A stretch of DNA of 64,000 nucleotides from a candidate division WOR-3 bacterium (lineage in GTDB: Bacteria > Hydrothermota > Tepidihabitantia > Tepidihabitantales > Tepidihabitantaceae), in NCBI GenBank assembly GCA_013177935.1, contig JABLXZ010000001.1, positions 386,191 through 450,190 on the forward strand. The letters run 5' to 3'. The position numbers were made by a program, and so were the translations under genes. The notes under the pieces are model-generated. The model was not told where the DNA came from. It saw nothing but the letters and a program-made list of their open reading frames with translations, and ran no database searches. Numbering within the stretch: position 1 is the stretch's first letter; each line of letters opens with the position of its first letter. Positions 31,317 through 41,739 of the stretch are shown piece after piece.

Positions 31317-32531
31317 TTGGAAGTTGCGGTAAAATCACCGAAAGAGTGGTTAAGAGAGATTGAAGTGGAGATTGAACCCGAACGGTTAAAATCCCGTATC
31401 GAAGGGTTGATTGAAGAGTACCGGAACCGTGCCGAGGTTCCGGGATTCCGACGGGGACATGTGCCCAGGTACATCATGGAGCGCCGGTTTGGTTCCACCC
31501 TCGAATCAGCGGCGGTGGAAGAACTTGTAGAACAAACATTAACTGAGGCACTGGAAAAACACTCCATTAAACCCGCCTCCCGGGTTCAATTTCTCGACCT
31601 TGAGGTTAAGCCGGATAAAACCATTCGTTATCGAGCAGCAGTAGAAGTGGTCCCTGAGTTCGAACTGCAACCTTATACTAATTTAAACCTCAACCGGCCA
31701 ACCCCTACCGGATTTGACGAAGAGTTTGAAAAAAGACTCTCCGAACTTCGGGAAAAATGTGCCCATTTCCAGCCTGTTCAACGGCCTGCCCAGAACGGCG
31801 ATTTTGTTGTTGTTGACTATACAATTACCGAGGGTGACAAAAAGCTGGTTGGTCCGAAAACCAATGTCACCTTACAGGTTGGGAATGAAAATAACCATCC
31901 TGAAGTCAACCAGGCGCTACTCGGAGTAAACCCGGGAGATGAACGTAAAGCAACAATCACATTTCCCGCTGACCACGAAGACAAAACGCTTGCGGGCCGG
32001 ACCATAACTTATCAATTTACGGTCCGCGCAATCCGAGAAAAACATCTACCCGAAATAACCGAAGAGTTTGCCACCGACCTTGGGTTTGAAAATCTTGATG
32101 CTTTGCGTCAGGCGATAAACAACGAAATCCTCGCTGAGCGGGAAGAACAGATTGAAGACGAATTAAAACGCCAGGTTATTGACCAGCTGGTTGCCGCCCA
32201 CAACTTTGAACCACCTCAATCCTGGGTTGAAGAACACATCACGCGGGTCCGGCAACAACTAAATTTACCTGACACTCCAGAAATTCGGGAAAAAATCCTG
32301 CCAATTGCTATTCGCTCGGCAAAGTTCGACTGTATTGTGATGCGCATCGCGGCAAAAGAAAATATCGAGGTCGGCGAAGATGACATCAAACAGCAGGTTG
32401 ACGAACTTGCCCGCACCACGGGCCGAAACCCGGATGAAATCGCACCACTCGTCGATACCGCATCTTACCGCTTCTATGCCCTGCAGCGCAAGGTTCTTCG
32501 CCTCATCCTTGACCAGGCGAACATTAAATGA
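31317..32531 (+). CDS. tig: Trigger factor
   Basis: N-terminal ribosome-binding signature (GFRRGHVP), PPIase and C-terminal domains. Canonical position upstream of clpP-clpX. Confidence 0.9.
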   Translation: MEVAVKSPKEWLREIEVEIEPERLKSRIEGLIEEYRNRAEVPGFRRGHVPRYIMERRFGSTLESAAVEELVEQTLTEALEKHSIKPASRVQFLDLEVKPDKTIRYRAAVEVVPEFELQPYTNLNLNRPTPTGFDEEFEKRLSELREKCAHFQPVQRPAQNGDFVVVDYTITEGDKKLVGPKTNVTLQVGNENNHPEVNQALLGVNPGDERKATITFPADHEDKTLAGRTITYQFTVRAIREKHLPEITEEFATDLGFENLDALRQAINNEILAEREEQIEDELKRQVIDQLVAAHNFEPPQSWVEEHITRVRQQLNLPDTPEIREKILPIAIRSAKFDCIVMRIAAKENIEVGEDDIKQQVDELARTTGRNPDEIAPLVDTASYRFYALQRKVLRLILDQANIK

Positions 32532-32565
32532 ATCAAAACCGCAAAACTGATGGTCTAAATAACAA

Positions 32566-33192
32566 ATGGCGGAAAGGATAAAAAATCAGGAAACCGAGGA
32601 GGTCCCTGTGTTAATTCCAATGGTAATTGAACAGACGGGCCGGGGAGAACGAGCCTACGACATCTACTCCCGGCTTCTTAAAGAACGAATCATCTTTTTA
32701 GGTCAACCGGTTGACGATACGGTTGCCAATCTTGTCGTTGCCCAGTTGCTCTATCTTGAGGCTGAAGACCCGGAAAAGGACATCTTTCTCTACATCAACT
32801 CTCCTGGTGGCGTTGTCTCCTCTGGACTGGCAATCTACGACACAATGCAGTACATCAGGCCCAAGGTGTCAACCATCTGCGTGGGCGAAGCAGCTTCAAT
32901 TGCAGCCCTGCTGCTCGCTGCCGGTGAAAAGGGCAAACGGTTTGCCCTGCCCCGTTCCCGGATGATGATTCATCAACCTGCGGCTTATGGCTTGAGCGGT
33001 CAGGCAACCGACATTGAAATCCATGCCCGGGAACTGGTAAGGGCAAAGGAAACCCTTTCCGAAATTCTTGCCAAACATACGGGCCAGCCGGTCGAAAAAA
33101 TCCTCAAAGATACCGACCGCAACTTCTTTATGTCGGCAACCGAAGCCAAAGAGTACGGACTGATTGACGAGGTAATTGAGAAACGGAAATGA
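32566..33192 (+). CDS. clpP: ATP-dependent Clp protease proteolytic subunit
   Basis: [22 protein letters not shown]...[19 protein letters not shown] with the catalytic Ser in GEAASIAA... and His/Asp downstream. Confidence 0.95.
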   Translation: MAERIKNQETEEVPVLIPMVIEQTGRGERAYDIYSRLLKERIIFLGQPVDDTVANLVVAQLLYLEAEDPEKDIFLYINSPGGVVSSGLAIYDTMQYIRPKVSTICVGEAASIAALLLAAGEKGKRFALPRSRMMIHQPAAYGLSGQATDIEIHARELVRAKETLSEILAKHTGQPVEKILKDTDRNFFMSATEAKEYGLIDEVIEKRK

Positions 33193-34439
33193 GTTCCCGC
33201 CATCGGCCCGTAAAAAAACGCCTACCCGAAATCTGCTCTTTTTGTGGCACTCCGGAGACCGCAACCAGCCGTCTGGTCCGGGGCCGCAATGGTTTGATAT
33301 GCGAACAGTGTGCCCGGCTTGCGGTCAGCCTTTTTGAAGAACGGGAAACCGTACTTGAACCCCTGAAACAACTACCCAAACCCGCAGCAATCAAAGCCTA
33401 TCTCGACGAATTTGTCATCGGTCAGGAGTACGCCAAACGGGTTTTGTCGGTTGCCGTATACAACCACTACAAACGCATCACCGCCCGCCGCGACGCTCCG
33501 CAACTGGATAAGAGCAACATCCTGCTTATCGGTCCCACCGGCGTGGGCAAAACCTTGCTTGCCGAAACCCTTGCCCGATTTCTCAAGGTACCATTCTCGA
33601 TTTCTGATGCCACACCTTTAACCGAAGCCGGTTATGTTGGTGAGGATGTGGAGAACATCCTGTTGCGGCTCCTGCAAGCGGCACAGGGCAACATCGCCCA
33701 GGCAGAGATTGGAATCGTCTATATCGATGAGATTGATAAGATTGGCAGGAAAGCCGACTCTCCTTCAATCACCCGTGATGTTTCCGGTGAAGGTGTTCAG
33801 CAGGCGCTGCTCAAAATCCTTGAAGGCACCATCGCCAATGTGCCGCCTCAGGGTGGCAGAAAACACCCGGAACAGCAGTTTATTCCGATAAACACCCGTA
33901 ACATTCTGTTCATCTGCGGCGGGACATTTGAGGGACTGGATAAAATCATTGAACGCCGGGTACGGACAACATCGCTCGGATTCGGTGCCCCGCTCAGCAG
34001 CAACCGCTTGCAGAATAGCGACGAACTCTTAACCATGGTGCAACCGGATGATTTGATTAAATTCGGCCTCATTCCGGAATTTGTTGGCCGGCTCCCGGTG
34101 ATTGCACCCCTGCACAGCCTTTCCCGCGAGGCGCTGATTGACATCCTGACAAAACCGCGTAACGCCCTGATTCATCAGTACTCCTATTTCTTTGAACTGG
34201 AAGGCGTAAAACTGACCTTCACACCAGAGGCGCTCGCTGCGGTTGCTGACCGAGCACTGGCACTGCGCACCGGTGCCCGGGGCTTACGCGCCGTTCTCGA
34301 AGAAACGATGCTCGACATAATGTTCGAACTCCCCAATAAAGAAAATGTGATTGAGTGCATCATCACCCCTGATGTCATCGCCCGGAAAAAGCCTCCGGAA
34401 TACATCTATAGCCGGACCGCCCAGCGTAAAGCGCAGTAA
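33189..34439 (+). CDS. clpX: ATP-dependent Clp protease ATP-binding subunit ClpX
   Basis: N-terminal C4 zinc finger (CSFCG...CEQC) and Walker [23 protein letters not shown] overlap with clpP. Confidence 0.95.
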   Translation: MSSRHRPVKKRLPEICSFCGTPETATSRLVRGRNGLICEQCARLAVSLFEERETVLEPLKQLPKPAAIKAYLDEFVIGQEYAKRVLSVAVYNHYKRITARRDAPQLDKSNILLIGPTGVGKTLLAETLARFLKVPFSISDATPLTEAGYVGEDVENILLRLLQAAQGNIAQAEIGIVYIDEIDKIGRKADSPSITRDVSGEGVQQALLKILEGTIANVPPQGGRKHPEQQFIPINTRNILFICGGTFEGLDKIIERRVRTTSLGFGAPLSSNRLQNSDELLTMVQPDDLIKFGLIPEFVGRLPVIAPLHSLSREALIDILTKPRNALIHQYSYFFELEGVKLTFTPEALAAVADRALALRTGARGLRAVLEETMLDIMFELPNKENVIECIITPDVIARKKPPEYIYSRTAQRKAQ

Positions 34440-34658
34440 AAAACTTACCCATCATAAAACTCTGGTATCATCACCATGACGGCGGTTAGTACTGCGGTCA
34501 GGCACGCCCCGGGCAGGGGTTTAATTACTCTTTAACCCATTCATATCAGTTATCTTGCGGTATTTCCTTTAACCGGTCATTAAACTTTAGCGTTAACTTA
34601 TCCTGAATTCTGGCTCATAATGGTCAGATGGAAAAAGAGTATCAAAAAGGAGGTAAAA

Positions 34659-35018
34659 ATGGCTGATGTCACAAAAAGAATGGAAAGATGGCGGCTTAAA
34701 ACCGAGCCAGAAGAGGTTTGCGTTCGGCTAAAACGGCTCCGGACTTCGATGCAAAATCGGCAGGAGCACGAGCAAAAACTGTTAGTGGAGATTGAAACCA
34801 AGGCGAAACAGGTTCTGGACTCAGCCGATGTGCCGACCGTGCTTTATCCATTTTATCTGAATTTCGCCCGGGAAATCTACTCCCGACGCCAGCGCTTTTC
34901 CGGTCCATCTCTTTCCCGGGAAATTGGAGTTTTACTGGAAAAATGGGTTGCGAGAACCCTGAACCGCACAGTTCTGGAACGGATACGCGATGAGGCGCTT
35001 TCTGTTCCCGCACCATAG
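34659..35018 (+). CDS. Hypothetical protein (120 aa)
   Basis: ORF with a strong AAAAGGAGG RBS before the ATG at 34659. The track ORF 34620..35018 starts upstream. No recognisable family. Confidence 0.5.
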   Translation: MADVTKRMERWRLKTEPEEVCVRLKRLRTSMQNRQEHEQKLLVEIETKAKQVLDSADVPTVLYPFYLNFAREIYSRRQRFSGPSLSREIGVLLEKWVARTLNRTVLERIRDEALSVPAP

Positions 35019-35054
35019 CCTTGATTTGCATCTTCAGGAAATCAGGAAAACAGT

Positions 35055-35080
35055 CGGGGCAGAGATTGGACTCTGCCCCG
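35055..35080. terminator. Strong bidirectional intrinsic terminator between convergent genes
   Basis: Perfect 10-bp inverted repeat CGGGGCAGAG-attgga-CTCTGCCCCG. Confidence 0.6.
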
Positions 35081-35130
35081 AATAGTAACCGACTGATTAT
35101 CAGTTATTAACCGACTATTGAGGCTACCAT

Positions 35131-35865
35131 CTACTCCTCAGGCTCAAACTGGTCCTTGCTGGCGCCACACACCGGACATACCCAGTCTGGTGGCAAACTT
35201 TCGAACGGTGTGCCAGCAGGAATCCCGTTATCCGGGTCACCTTCTGCCGGGTCGTAAACATAGCCACAAACGGTGCAAACATAGCGTTGCATTTTTTGCT
35301 CCTTTGTTTTCCCGGCTGACCGGGAATCGACTAACTTCTCTTTCTCTTTTTCTGCCTGGTAGGTTGGTGCACCTTTACCGGTCTTTCCTTTCTTCACCTC
35401 ATGGTAATAGGCGTAGGTTAGCGGCTCACCCTGTTTAACCCATTTTGCCATTACCACTTCACCAACAAACAGCGTATGGGTGGCACAGTCCACCTTTTCC
35501 CGGACCTTTGCCTCCATTACCACAATCGCATGCTCGGTAACAAGCGGCACACCGGTTTCACCCACTTCATAATTAAGCCCATCGAACTTATTCACCTCTC
35601 GACCGGAACGAAAACCAAACCGACCGATGAACTCAAGCGGTGTTTCTTTTTCCAGAACCGTAACCGCAAATAGCCCGCTCTGCTGAATCAACTCGTTGGT
35701 AAAACTCGCCTTGTTTACCGCCACCGTCACCAGACAGGGCTCAAGCGCCACCTGAACGACAGTATTAACCGTCAAACCGTTGATGCGTTCACCTGCCCGG
35801 CTGGTTACGATGTAAAGGCCATAGGTTAAACTGTTCAGTGCGCTTAAATCCACTTTACCGGCCAC
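35131..35865 (-). CDS. hrb: High-molecular-weight rubredoxin (flavin-reductase-like domain fused to C-terminal rubredoxin), NADH:FprA electron donor
   Basis: N-terminal flavin reductase domain ([24 protein letters not shown]). C-terminal rubredoxin [15 protein letters not shown]...WVCPVCG. Immediately downstream of fprA, as in Moorella. Confidence 0.8.
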   Translation of the reverse strand: MAGKVDLSALNSLTYGLYIVTSRAGERINGLTVNTVVQVALEPCLVTVAVNKASFTNELIQQSGLFAVTVLEKETPLEFIGRFGFRSGREVNKFDGLNYEVGETGVPLVTEHAIVVMEAKVREKVDCATHTLFVGEVVMAKWVKQGEPLTYAYYHEVKKGKTGKGAPTYQAEKEKEKLVDSRSAGKTKEQKMQRYVCTVCGYVYDPAEGDPDNGIPAGTPFESLPPDWVCPVCGASKDQFEPEE

Positions 35866-37065
35866 TTAGACACTCCTTTCAGTTATCTTCTGCGCCAGCA
35901 GATGACCCAGTTTCCGGGCTTGCTCCTGCGCCTCTTTATCTGGCACGTACTTCACCCGCAACGGCTCTGCCACCAGTTCCACGCCCATTTCCCGCAACTC
36001 CTCGGCAAGAATCGAAACCGCTTCACCACTCCACCCATAAGAACCAAAAACCGCGCCCAATTTGTTTTTCGGTTTTAACCCTTTTATATAGGTGAGCACA
36101 TCAGCAACCGTGGGAAAGATACCATTGTTCAGAGTAGGCGAACCAATCACAATCGCCGCCGCATCAAGTATCTCGGTCATCACATCGCTGCGGTCATTGG
36201 CGCGCAACCGCATAACCTTTGTTTCTACCCCATTTTCAGCGATTGCATCAGCAATCACCCTTGCCAGAATGTCGGTACTGCCCCACATTGTGTCATAGAC
36301 CACAACCGCCTTCTTTTTCGGCTTCTGTTCTGCCCATTCCTGATACCAGGAGACAACCTTCATCGGTTCTTTGCGCCAGATTGGACCGTGGTCCGGTGCG
36401 ATGATATCAATCGCCAGCTGTAACTGACCGATGCGCTCAATCAGTTTTAAGACCAGTGCCGAATAAGGCAACAGGATGTTGGCATAGTATTTCGCCCCTT
36501 CATACCTCAGGGTTTCGTAATTTAGCTCATCGGCAAAACGTTCGCCTGTTGCCCAGTGCATCCCGAAACCGTCCTGGGAAAACAGCAGCCGCTCCTCAAC
36601 AAGATAACTGACCATACTGTCGGGCCAGTGAAGCATCCTCGTTTCCAAAAACTTCAAATTGAGTAAACCAAGATTGAGTGTGTCACCATCTTTAAGGGGA
36701 ATTAAATCCTGCCCGAAGTGGAAGTGCTCCTTAAGCGCCTTAACACCCATCACCGAGGCGAAGACCTTCTCCGGTTTTACCGCCTCAATTATCGCGGGCA
36801 AAGCACCCGAATGGTCCATCTCGGCATGATTGGAGATGATGTAGTCAATCTTCTCGAGGTCGATAACCGAGGAAATCCGTTTGAGCAACTCGTCCTTAAA
36901 AGGCGCCTTCACCGTATCAATTAAAGTCACCTTCTCATCAATGATAAGATAGGCGTTGTAGGTAGTACCTCGATTTGTCGAGTAGCCGTGAAAATCTCTT
37001 ACCGCCCAGTCAATTGCGCCCACCCAGTAAACCCGGTCGCTAATTTTAACCGCATTGAACCCCAT
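35866..37065 (-). CDS. fprA: Flavodiiron protein (FprA/rubredoxin:oxygen oxidoreductase family; O2 or NO reductase)
   Basis: N-terminal MBL-like diiron domain (NHAEMDHSGALP) plus a C-terminal flavodoxin-like domain. Confidence 0.85.
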   Translation of the reverse strand: MGFNAVKISDRVYWVGAIDWAVRDFHGYSTNRGTTYNAYLIIDEKVTLIDTVKAPFKDELLKRISSVIDLEKIDYIISNHAEMDHSGALPAIIEAVKPEKVFASVMGVKALKEHFHFGQDLIPLKDGDTLNLGLLNLKFLETRMLHWPDSMVSYLVEERLLFSQDGFGMHWATGERFADELNYETLRYEGAKYYANILLPYSALVLKLIERIGQLQLAIDIIAPDHGPIWRKEPMKVVSWYQEWAEQKPKKKAVVVYDTMWGSTDILARVIADAIAENGVETKVMRLRANDRSDVMTEILDAAAIVIGSPTLNNGIFPTVADVLTYIKGLKPKNKLGAVFGSYGWSGEAVSILAEELREMGVELVAEPLRVKYVPDKEAQEQARKLGHLLAQKITERSV

Positions 37066-37084
37066 AAGGCGCTCCGTTTAAAAT

Positions 37085-37630
37085 CTACGGATTAGCTCCA
37101 GTGCCCTGAGCATAAAAGGCGGCAAGCTCTGGTGGCAGCACAAAGACACGCTGACCGAGCTCCCGGTCAAGCATCAAGATGCCGCGACCATCACCGTCCA
37201 CCAGTTTCAGGTCCTGGGCAATTTTCAGGGTGCTCTCCTCCTCTTCAATCTGTTCATCAACAAACCACTGCAGCAGACTATTGGAGGCGTAATCGCCCTC
37301 GCTCTGGGCGAGTTTTACCAGTTCGTGAATCGTGCCAGTGATAAACTTTTCATGCTCGTAAGCCGCTTCAAACGCTGCCCGCGGCGAATCCCACTTCTCG
37401 CCTAAGACGCTCAGCGGCTGTAGTTTTACCTCACCCCCGCGTTCCAAGATGTGCTTGAAAAATCGCATCGCATGCGTCAGTTCTTCTTGCACCTGCGCCC
37501 GCATCCAGCGCGCCATTCCGGGAAAGCCGGTTTCGTCAAAATATGCCGCCATTGCCAGGTAAAGGTAAGCCGACTCCAGTTCGTGTTTAATCTGTCGGTT
37601 AAACGCCTCTTCAATCTTTTTCGGAATCAT
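37085..37630 (-). CDS. ftn: Non-heme ferritin
   Basis: Ferritin-like diiron ligands (E..H spacing in AYLYLAMAAYFDE, QVQEELTHAMRFF). Start at the ATG at 37630, 6 nt after the dfx stop; the track ORF to 37651 uses GTG. Confidence 0.75.
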   Translation of the reverse strand: MIPKKIEEAFNRQIKHELESAYLYLAMAAYFDETGFPGMARWMRAQVQEELTHAMRFFKHILERGGEVKLQPLSVLGEKWDSPRAAFEAAYEHEKFITGTIHELVKLAQSEGDYASNSLLQWFVDEQIEEEESTLKIAQDLKLVDGDGRGILMLDRELGQRVFVLPPELAAFYAQGTGANP

Positions 37631-37635
37631 AAAGT

Positions 37636-38013
37636 TTAAACCCCCTTCCACAAACCGTGGATATTACAGTACTCCCGGGCATAGACCTCTTTTGCCGCCA
37701 CCGAGAAAAACGCCTCAGGTTTTTCACCCGGATAAAGAAACTGTCGATAGGCGCGTTCGTCTGCCACCAGTTCCACCCATTCAATGTAATGTTTTTCCTC
37801 CATTGGATGGGGCACACTACCGACCTTTACTCGATAACCCTGGTCGGTTTTTTCAATCACCGGTACATGCTTCTCTTTTGCCGCATCGGTTGTATTTTCC
37901 ACAAGAAGTTTCATCGGCTGACCACAACAAACAAGTTGACCGGCACCGCTATGAAGAACCTCAACAATGTTGCCACAAACCTCACACTTATAAATTTCTA
38001 ATTTTTTAGCCAT
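37636..38013 (-). CDS. dfx: Desulfoferrodoxin (2Fe superoxide reductase with N-terminal desulforedoxin domain)
   Basis: [34 protein letters not shown] is the Dx domain. KHVPVIEK...[19 protein letters not shown] is the SOR domain with His ligands and Cys in [10 protein letters not shown]. Confidence 0.9.
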   Translation of the reverse strand: MAKKLEIYKCEVCGNIVEVLHSGAGQLVCCGQPMKLLVENTTDAAKEKHVPVIEKTDQGYRVKVGSVPHPMEEKHYIEWVELVADERAYRQFLYPGEKPEAFFSVAAKEVYAREYCNIHGLWKGV

Positions 38014-38033
38014 TTATACCTCCTTTTTATTTT

Positions 38034-38339
38034 TTACTTTATCAACCTGCTGTCCACCCCGGTCAGACCGCACTCCGGTATGTAGCAGGAAACATCAACA
38101 AACTGACACCGCTGTCCGCACGCTGGACACACATCAGGGGGTGTTATCGCCTGCAAAACATAATGGCAACTGGAGCAACTCCAGTAAGGTGCATTTGCTG
38201 GAACCTTTTGTTCTCCCTGCTTCTCTTGGGCTCTTTGCATCGTCTTGTTGCAACATACAAGCGAACCACCCCCCTTATGGACCAGTTCAACTATCTGGCC
38301 ACAAACGCTGCAACTATAAACTCTGGGCTCCTCTTTCAT
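38034..38339 (-). CDS. Desulforedoxin-domain protein with Cys-rich rubredoxin/zinc-ribbon-like C-terminus (novel small metalloprotein)
   Basis: N-terminus VYSCSVCGQIVELVHKGGGSLVCC equals the Fe(Cys)4 desulforedoxin motif. The C-terminus has CSSC...CPACG plus CQFVDVSCYIPECG, with 12 Cys in 101 aa. Confidence 0.6.
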   Translation of the reverse strand: MKEEPRVYSCSVCGQIVELVHKGGGSLVCCNKTMQRAQEKQGEQKVPANAPYWSCSSCHYVLQAITPPDVCPACGQRCQFVDVSCYIPECGLTGVDSRLIK

Positions 38340-38355
38340 ACCCTCTTTTCTCCTT

Positions 38356-38874
38356 TTATTTTATCTTACGAACCGCTTCAAGGACCGCTTGGTAATCTGG
38401 TTCCTTACCGGCTTCAGAAACCACCTGTATATAACGAATTATCCCCTCGCGGTCAACAACAAATACCGCCCGTGCAAGTAGCCGCAGCTCTTTGATCAAA
38501 ACGCCGTAAGATGTGCCAAACGAGGCATCCCGATGGTCCGAAGCGGTTATAACCCGTTCTACACCCGCTGCACCACACCACCGCTTCTGGGCAAAAGGCA
38601 GGTCCATACTAACCAGCAACACGACAACATCGTCACCTAAATTAGCCGCTTCCTGGTTAAACTTTCGGGCTTCAAGGTCGCACACCGGAGTATCAAGCGA
38701 CGGAACCGAAAGAAGCACTAATATTTTACCCTTGAACTGTTCGCGGGTTACCGGCTTCATATCGGTACCGACCAGAGAAAAATCGGGTGCTATCTGACCA
38801 ACCGTCAATTTGGGACCGATGAGCGTTACTGGATTTCCCTGAACTGTTACTTCGCCTTTTCGTTCTTCCATCAC
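38356..38874 (-). CDS. tpx: Thiol peroxidase (atypical 2-Cys peroxiredoxin, Tpx family)
   Basis: Tpx signature GNPVTL.G...[12 protein letters not shown] with the peroxidatic Cys and a resolving Cys in KRWCGA. Confidence 0.85.
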   Translation of the reverse strand: MMEERKGEVTVQGNPVTLIGPKLTVGQIAPDFSLVGTDMKPVTREQFKGKILVLLSVPSLDTPVCDLEARKFNQEAANLGDDVVVLLVSMDLPFAQKRWCGAAGVERVITASDHRDASFGTSYGVLIKELRLLARAVFVVDREGIIRYIQVVSEAGKEPDYQAVLEAVRKIK

Positions 38875-39443
38875 CAGTTCTCCCCTAAAAGTTCAAAATA
38901 AGCCTGAGGATGAGCACACGAAGGGCAAATCTCGGGCGCCTCGGTTCCTTCATGAATATAGCCACAGTTGATACAGCGCCACACCACCGGCTTTTCGCGG
39001 CGGAACACACGACCACTATCGATGTTAGCCTTTAACGCCTGATACCGCTTTTCGTGTTGTTTCTCAGCCACCGCAATCGCCCGGAAAATCGCCGCGATGT
39101 TAGAAAACCCTTCCTCTTCTGCTATCTGGGCAAATGTCGGATACATCTCAGTCCACTCGTAGTGCTCACCACTTGCCGCCTCTTTTAAGTTCTCAGCCGT
39201 TGTACCAATCACTCCAGCCGGAAATGAAGCCTGAATTTCAACATTACCGCCTTCAAGTAACTTAAAAAGCCGTTTGGCATGCTCCTTCTCCTGGTTTGCC
39301 GTCTCCTCAAAAATTTGCGCAATCTGAATGTAACCTTCGTCCCGGGCTTTGCTGGCGAAGTAGGTGTAACGATTCCTCGCCTGCGATTCTCCGGCAAAAG
39401 CGGTCAGGATATTCTTTTCGGTCTTGCTTCCTTTTAGTTGCAC
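38871..39443 (-). CDS. rbr: Rubrerythrin
   Basis: N-terminal ferritin-like diiron domain (ESQARNRY...EKEHAKR) and C-terminal rubredoxin ([10 protein letters not shown]...CPSCAH). GTG start with an AGGAGG RBS. Confidence 0.9.
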   Translation of the reverse strand: MQLKGSKTEKNILTAFAGESQARNRYTYFASKARDEGYIQIAQIFEETANQEKEHAKRLFKLLEGGNVEIQASFPAGVIGTTAENLKEAASGEHYEWTEMYPTFAQIAEEEGFSNIAAIFRAIAVAEKQHEKRYQALKANIDSGRVFRREKPVVWRCINCGYIHEGTEAPEICPSCAHPQAYFELLGENW

Positions 39444-39504
39444 TTTACCTCCTTTTTATATTTTTTCACTTCTATTTTAGACCCTTATTCAAAACTAATG
39501 GATT

Positions 39505-40248
39505 CTATTTAAATATCCTCAATCGAAAATATCGTTCCGGATGGGATTTCAGGTCGGCAATCAACTCCTGTAACTGCCGGCTGGTTTTCAACAACTCATC
39601 ATAAAGTTCGGGCGAGGTTAACAGTTTCTTTGCGGTTGACTCCTTATTCAGTAATAAAACCATACTATCAAGAACAGTACCCAACCGGGCAAGGCTCTTA
39701 TTCGTGGTTACAAACCCGGAATCAAAACCCGCCAGCCGGGAGTTTATTATCCGCAGCAAATCCTCTCTTGTCCGGCGCAACTCCTCCGTAAGAACATCAG
39801 GGTCAATTTCGCTTAAAATTCGGTCCAGTCGAGCAACGGTGGTCTCGAGGTCGAGAACCTCATTGACACCCTGGAAAACAACTGTCTCATCAGCATCAGG
39901 ACCGATTCCCGGTGTTACCGCCAGATACCGGTCACTCCCAAGATAAGAAAGGGAACGAATCGCAAACCGTGTATCTTGAGTCAACGGAACATCCCGCTCC
40001 AAACCCACCAGGACCTCAACTCCTTTTTTCCCATCAAGTTTTAACCCAACAACCTTTCCTTTTGTTATTCCAAGAACATCTACCCGGTCACCAACTCTTA
40101 ATCCGGCAACATCGTTAAAGTAAACCCGAACAACTTTCAGGCGCCGATGAAATGACCTTCCGGAAAACCAGAAATAACCGAATAATCCCAGTAATATTCC
40201 GATTAGAACGAACACGGTAACCAGTAAATCACGCACCCGACGCCTCAT
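39505..40248 (-). CDS. mlaD: MlaD (Mce-domain) protein of a phospholipid ABC transport system
   Basis: N-terminal TM helix followed by an MCE domain (VYFNDVAGLRVGDRVDVLGITKGKV). Confidence 0.8.
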   Translation of the reverse strand: MRRRVRDLLVTVFVLIGILLGLFGYFWFSGRSFHRRLKVVRVYFNDVAGLRVGDRVDVLGITKGKVVGLKLDGKKGVEVLVGLERDVPLTQDTRFAIRSLSYLGSDRYLAVTPGIGPDADETVVFQGVNEVLDLETTVARLDRILSEIDPDVLTEELRRTREDLLRIINSRLAGFDSGFVTTNKSLARLGTVLDSMVLLLNKESTAKKLLTSPELYDELLKTSRQLQELIADLKSHPERYFRLRIFK

Positions 40249-40927
40249 AATCCTCCTTTCTTATCTCTCGGGCTGGAGTTAAACGGCATTCTTTTAAGAG
40301 GTAAATTTGCTCACCCAATTTTCGGGCAATGTCAAGGTCATGAGTCACAACCACAGCTGTCTTTTCCTTACAACAGCAGATTTCCGAAATTAATTGACAG
40401 ATGCGGTCTCGATTTATCGGGTCAAGACCGGTAGTGGGCTCATCAAAAAAGAGATAGGAAGGCTCAACAACCAGTGCCCGCGCAATCGCAACCAGCCGTA
40501 CCATCCCGCCCGAAAGCTGTTGTATGCGAAGGTTACCGGCTTTTTCCAGACCAACCTGAACAAGTACCTGATTGACATGTGTCTCAATCTCTTTGTCGTT
40601 TAAACTACTGCCTTCACGCAAGGGCAAGGCAATATTTTCTTTCACAGTTAAAGAATCAAATAGCGCTCCGCCTTGAAATACAAAACCAATCTTACCCGAT
40701 ATTGTACCGTTGTCTGCAAACGGCCCATAACTTAACATTTGCCCATCATAACTCACCTGGCCCGAATCAGGCGCAATTAACCCAGCCATAATTTTGAGAA
40801 GGATTGTCTTACCCGCACCTGACGGACCAAGTACCACAACACGCGTCCCTTGTGGAACCTCCATATCAATCGCATTAAGAATCAATTGGCCCCGCAACCG
40901 TTTTGTTACCTTTTCTAATTTAATCAT
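40229..40927 (-). CDS. mlaF: ABC transporter ATP-binding protein MlaF
   Basis: Walker A GPSGAGKT, ABC signature LSGGMVRLVAIARAL, Walker B LFFDEPTTGLD. Confidence 0.85.
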   Translation of the reverse strand: MIKLEKVTKRLRGQLILNAIDMEVPQGTRVVVLGPSGAGKTILLKIMAGLIAPDSGQVSYDGQMLSYGPFADNGTISGKIGFVFQGGALFDSLTVKENIALPLREGSSLNDKEIETHVNQVLVQVGLEKAGNLRIQQLSGGMVRLVAIARALVVEPSYLFFDEPTTGLDPINRDRICQLISEICCCKEKTAVVVTHDLDIARKLGEQIYLLKECRLTPAREIRKEDYEASGA

Positions 40928-41661
40928 CGGGAAAACATCAGGCTTGCAACAATGAAATCAAAAAAGAGGATTAAAATCCCGGACACCACCACCGCTCTTG
41001 TCGTTGCTTTACCCACCTCCTGAGCACCGCCTTCGGCATTAAACCCAAAATAACAACCACAGGTACCAATAAACAGCCCGAAAATAATTGCTTTGATTAC
41101 CCCGCCAACAAAATCTCGCACCTGGACGAAATGAGTTAAACCATAAACAAATGTCTCCTGTGCCACTCCCACCCAGTTTGCAACAATAACCGCAGTAAAT
41201 GATGCGAGTACTTCCATTATTACCACAAGGATAGGCAAACAGATTGTCGCCGCAACAATCCGCGGCAAACAAAGAAACCGGTAAGGGTCAATACCCATAA
41301 CCCGCAATGCATCAATCTGGTCTGAATTACGCATCGCGCCAATTTCCGCTGCCATCGCTGGCGCCGAACGGCTGGCGAAGATAAATGCCGAAAAAACCGG
41401 ACCGAGTTCGATGAGCAACATCCTACCGACCCCCATACCGATAAAATAACGCGGTACAACCCCTAAAAGTTGATAACTGGTCTGCACCGCGGTAGTTAAA
41501 CCGACAAATACACTTGCCAGCGCCACTATTGGCACCGCACCGACCCCAAAATGGTATATCTGTTCAGCAACCCGGGGTAATGTGTGTCTTAAATCCCACG
41601 GTAATGTCAAACTCCGCCCGAGAAAAATTATGAAATCAAAAGCACCGGTAAACGCCCTCAT
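40924..41661 (-). CDS. mlaE: ABC transporter permease MlaE
   Basis: MlaE/YrbE family polytopic permease. ATGA overlap with mlaF. Confidence 0.8.
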   Translation of the reverse strand: MRAFTGAFDFIIFLGRSLTLPWDLRHTLPRVAEQIYHFGVGAVPIVALASVFVGLTTAVQTSYQLLGVVPRYFIGMGVGRMLLIELGPVFSAFIFASRSAPAMAAEIGAMRNSDQIDALRVMGIDPYRFLCLPRIVAATICLPILVVIMEVLASFTAVIVANWVGVAQETFVYGLTHFVQVRDFVGGVIKAIIFGLFIGTCGCYFGFNAEGGAQEVGKATTRAVVVSGILILFFDFIVASLMFSR

Positions 41662-41739
41662 AGAAAAATATTATTGTTAACCGGCACCCTGTCAATTCAC
41701 AGATTAACCCAGAGAGTTTACGCTGGTTGTCAGCAAACT

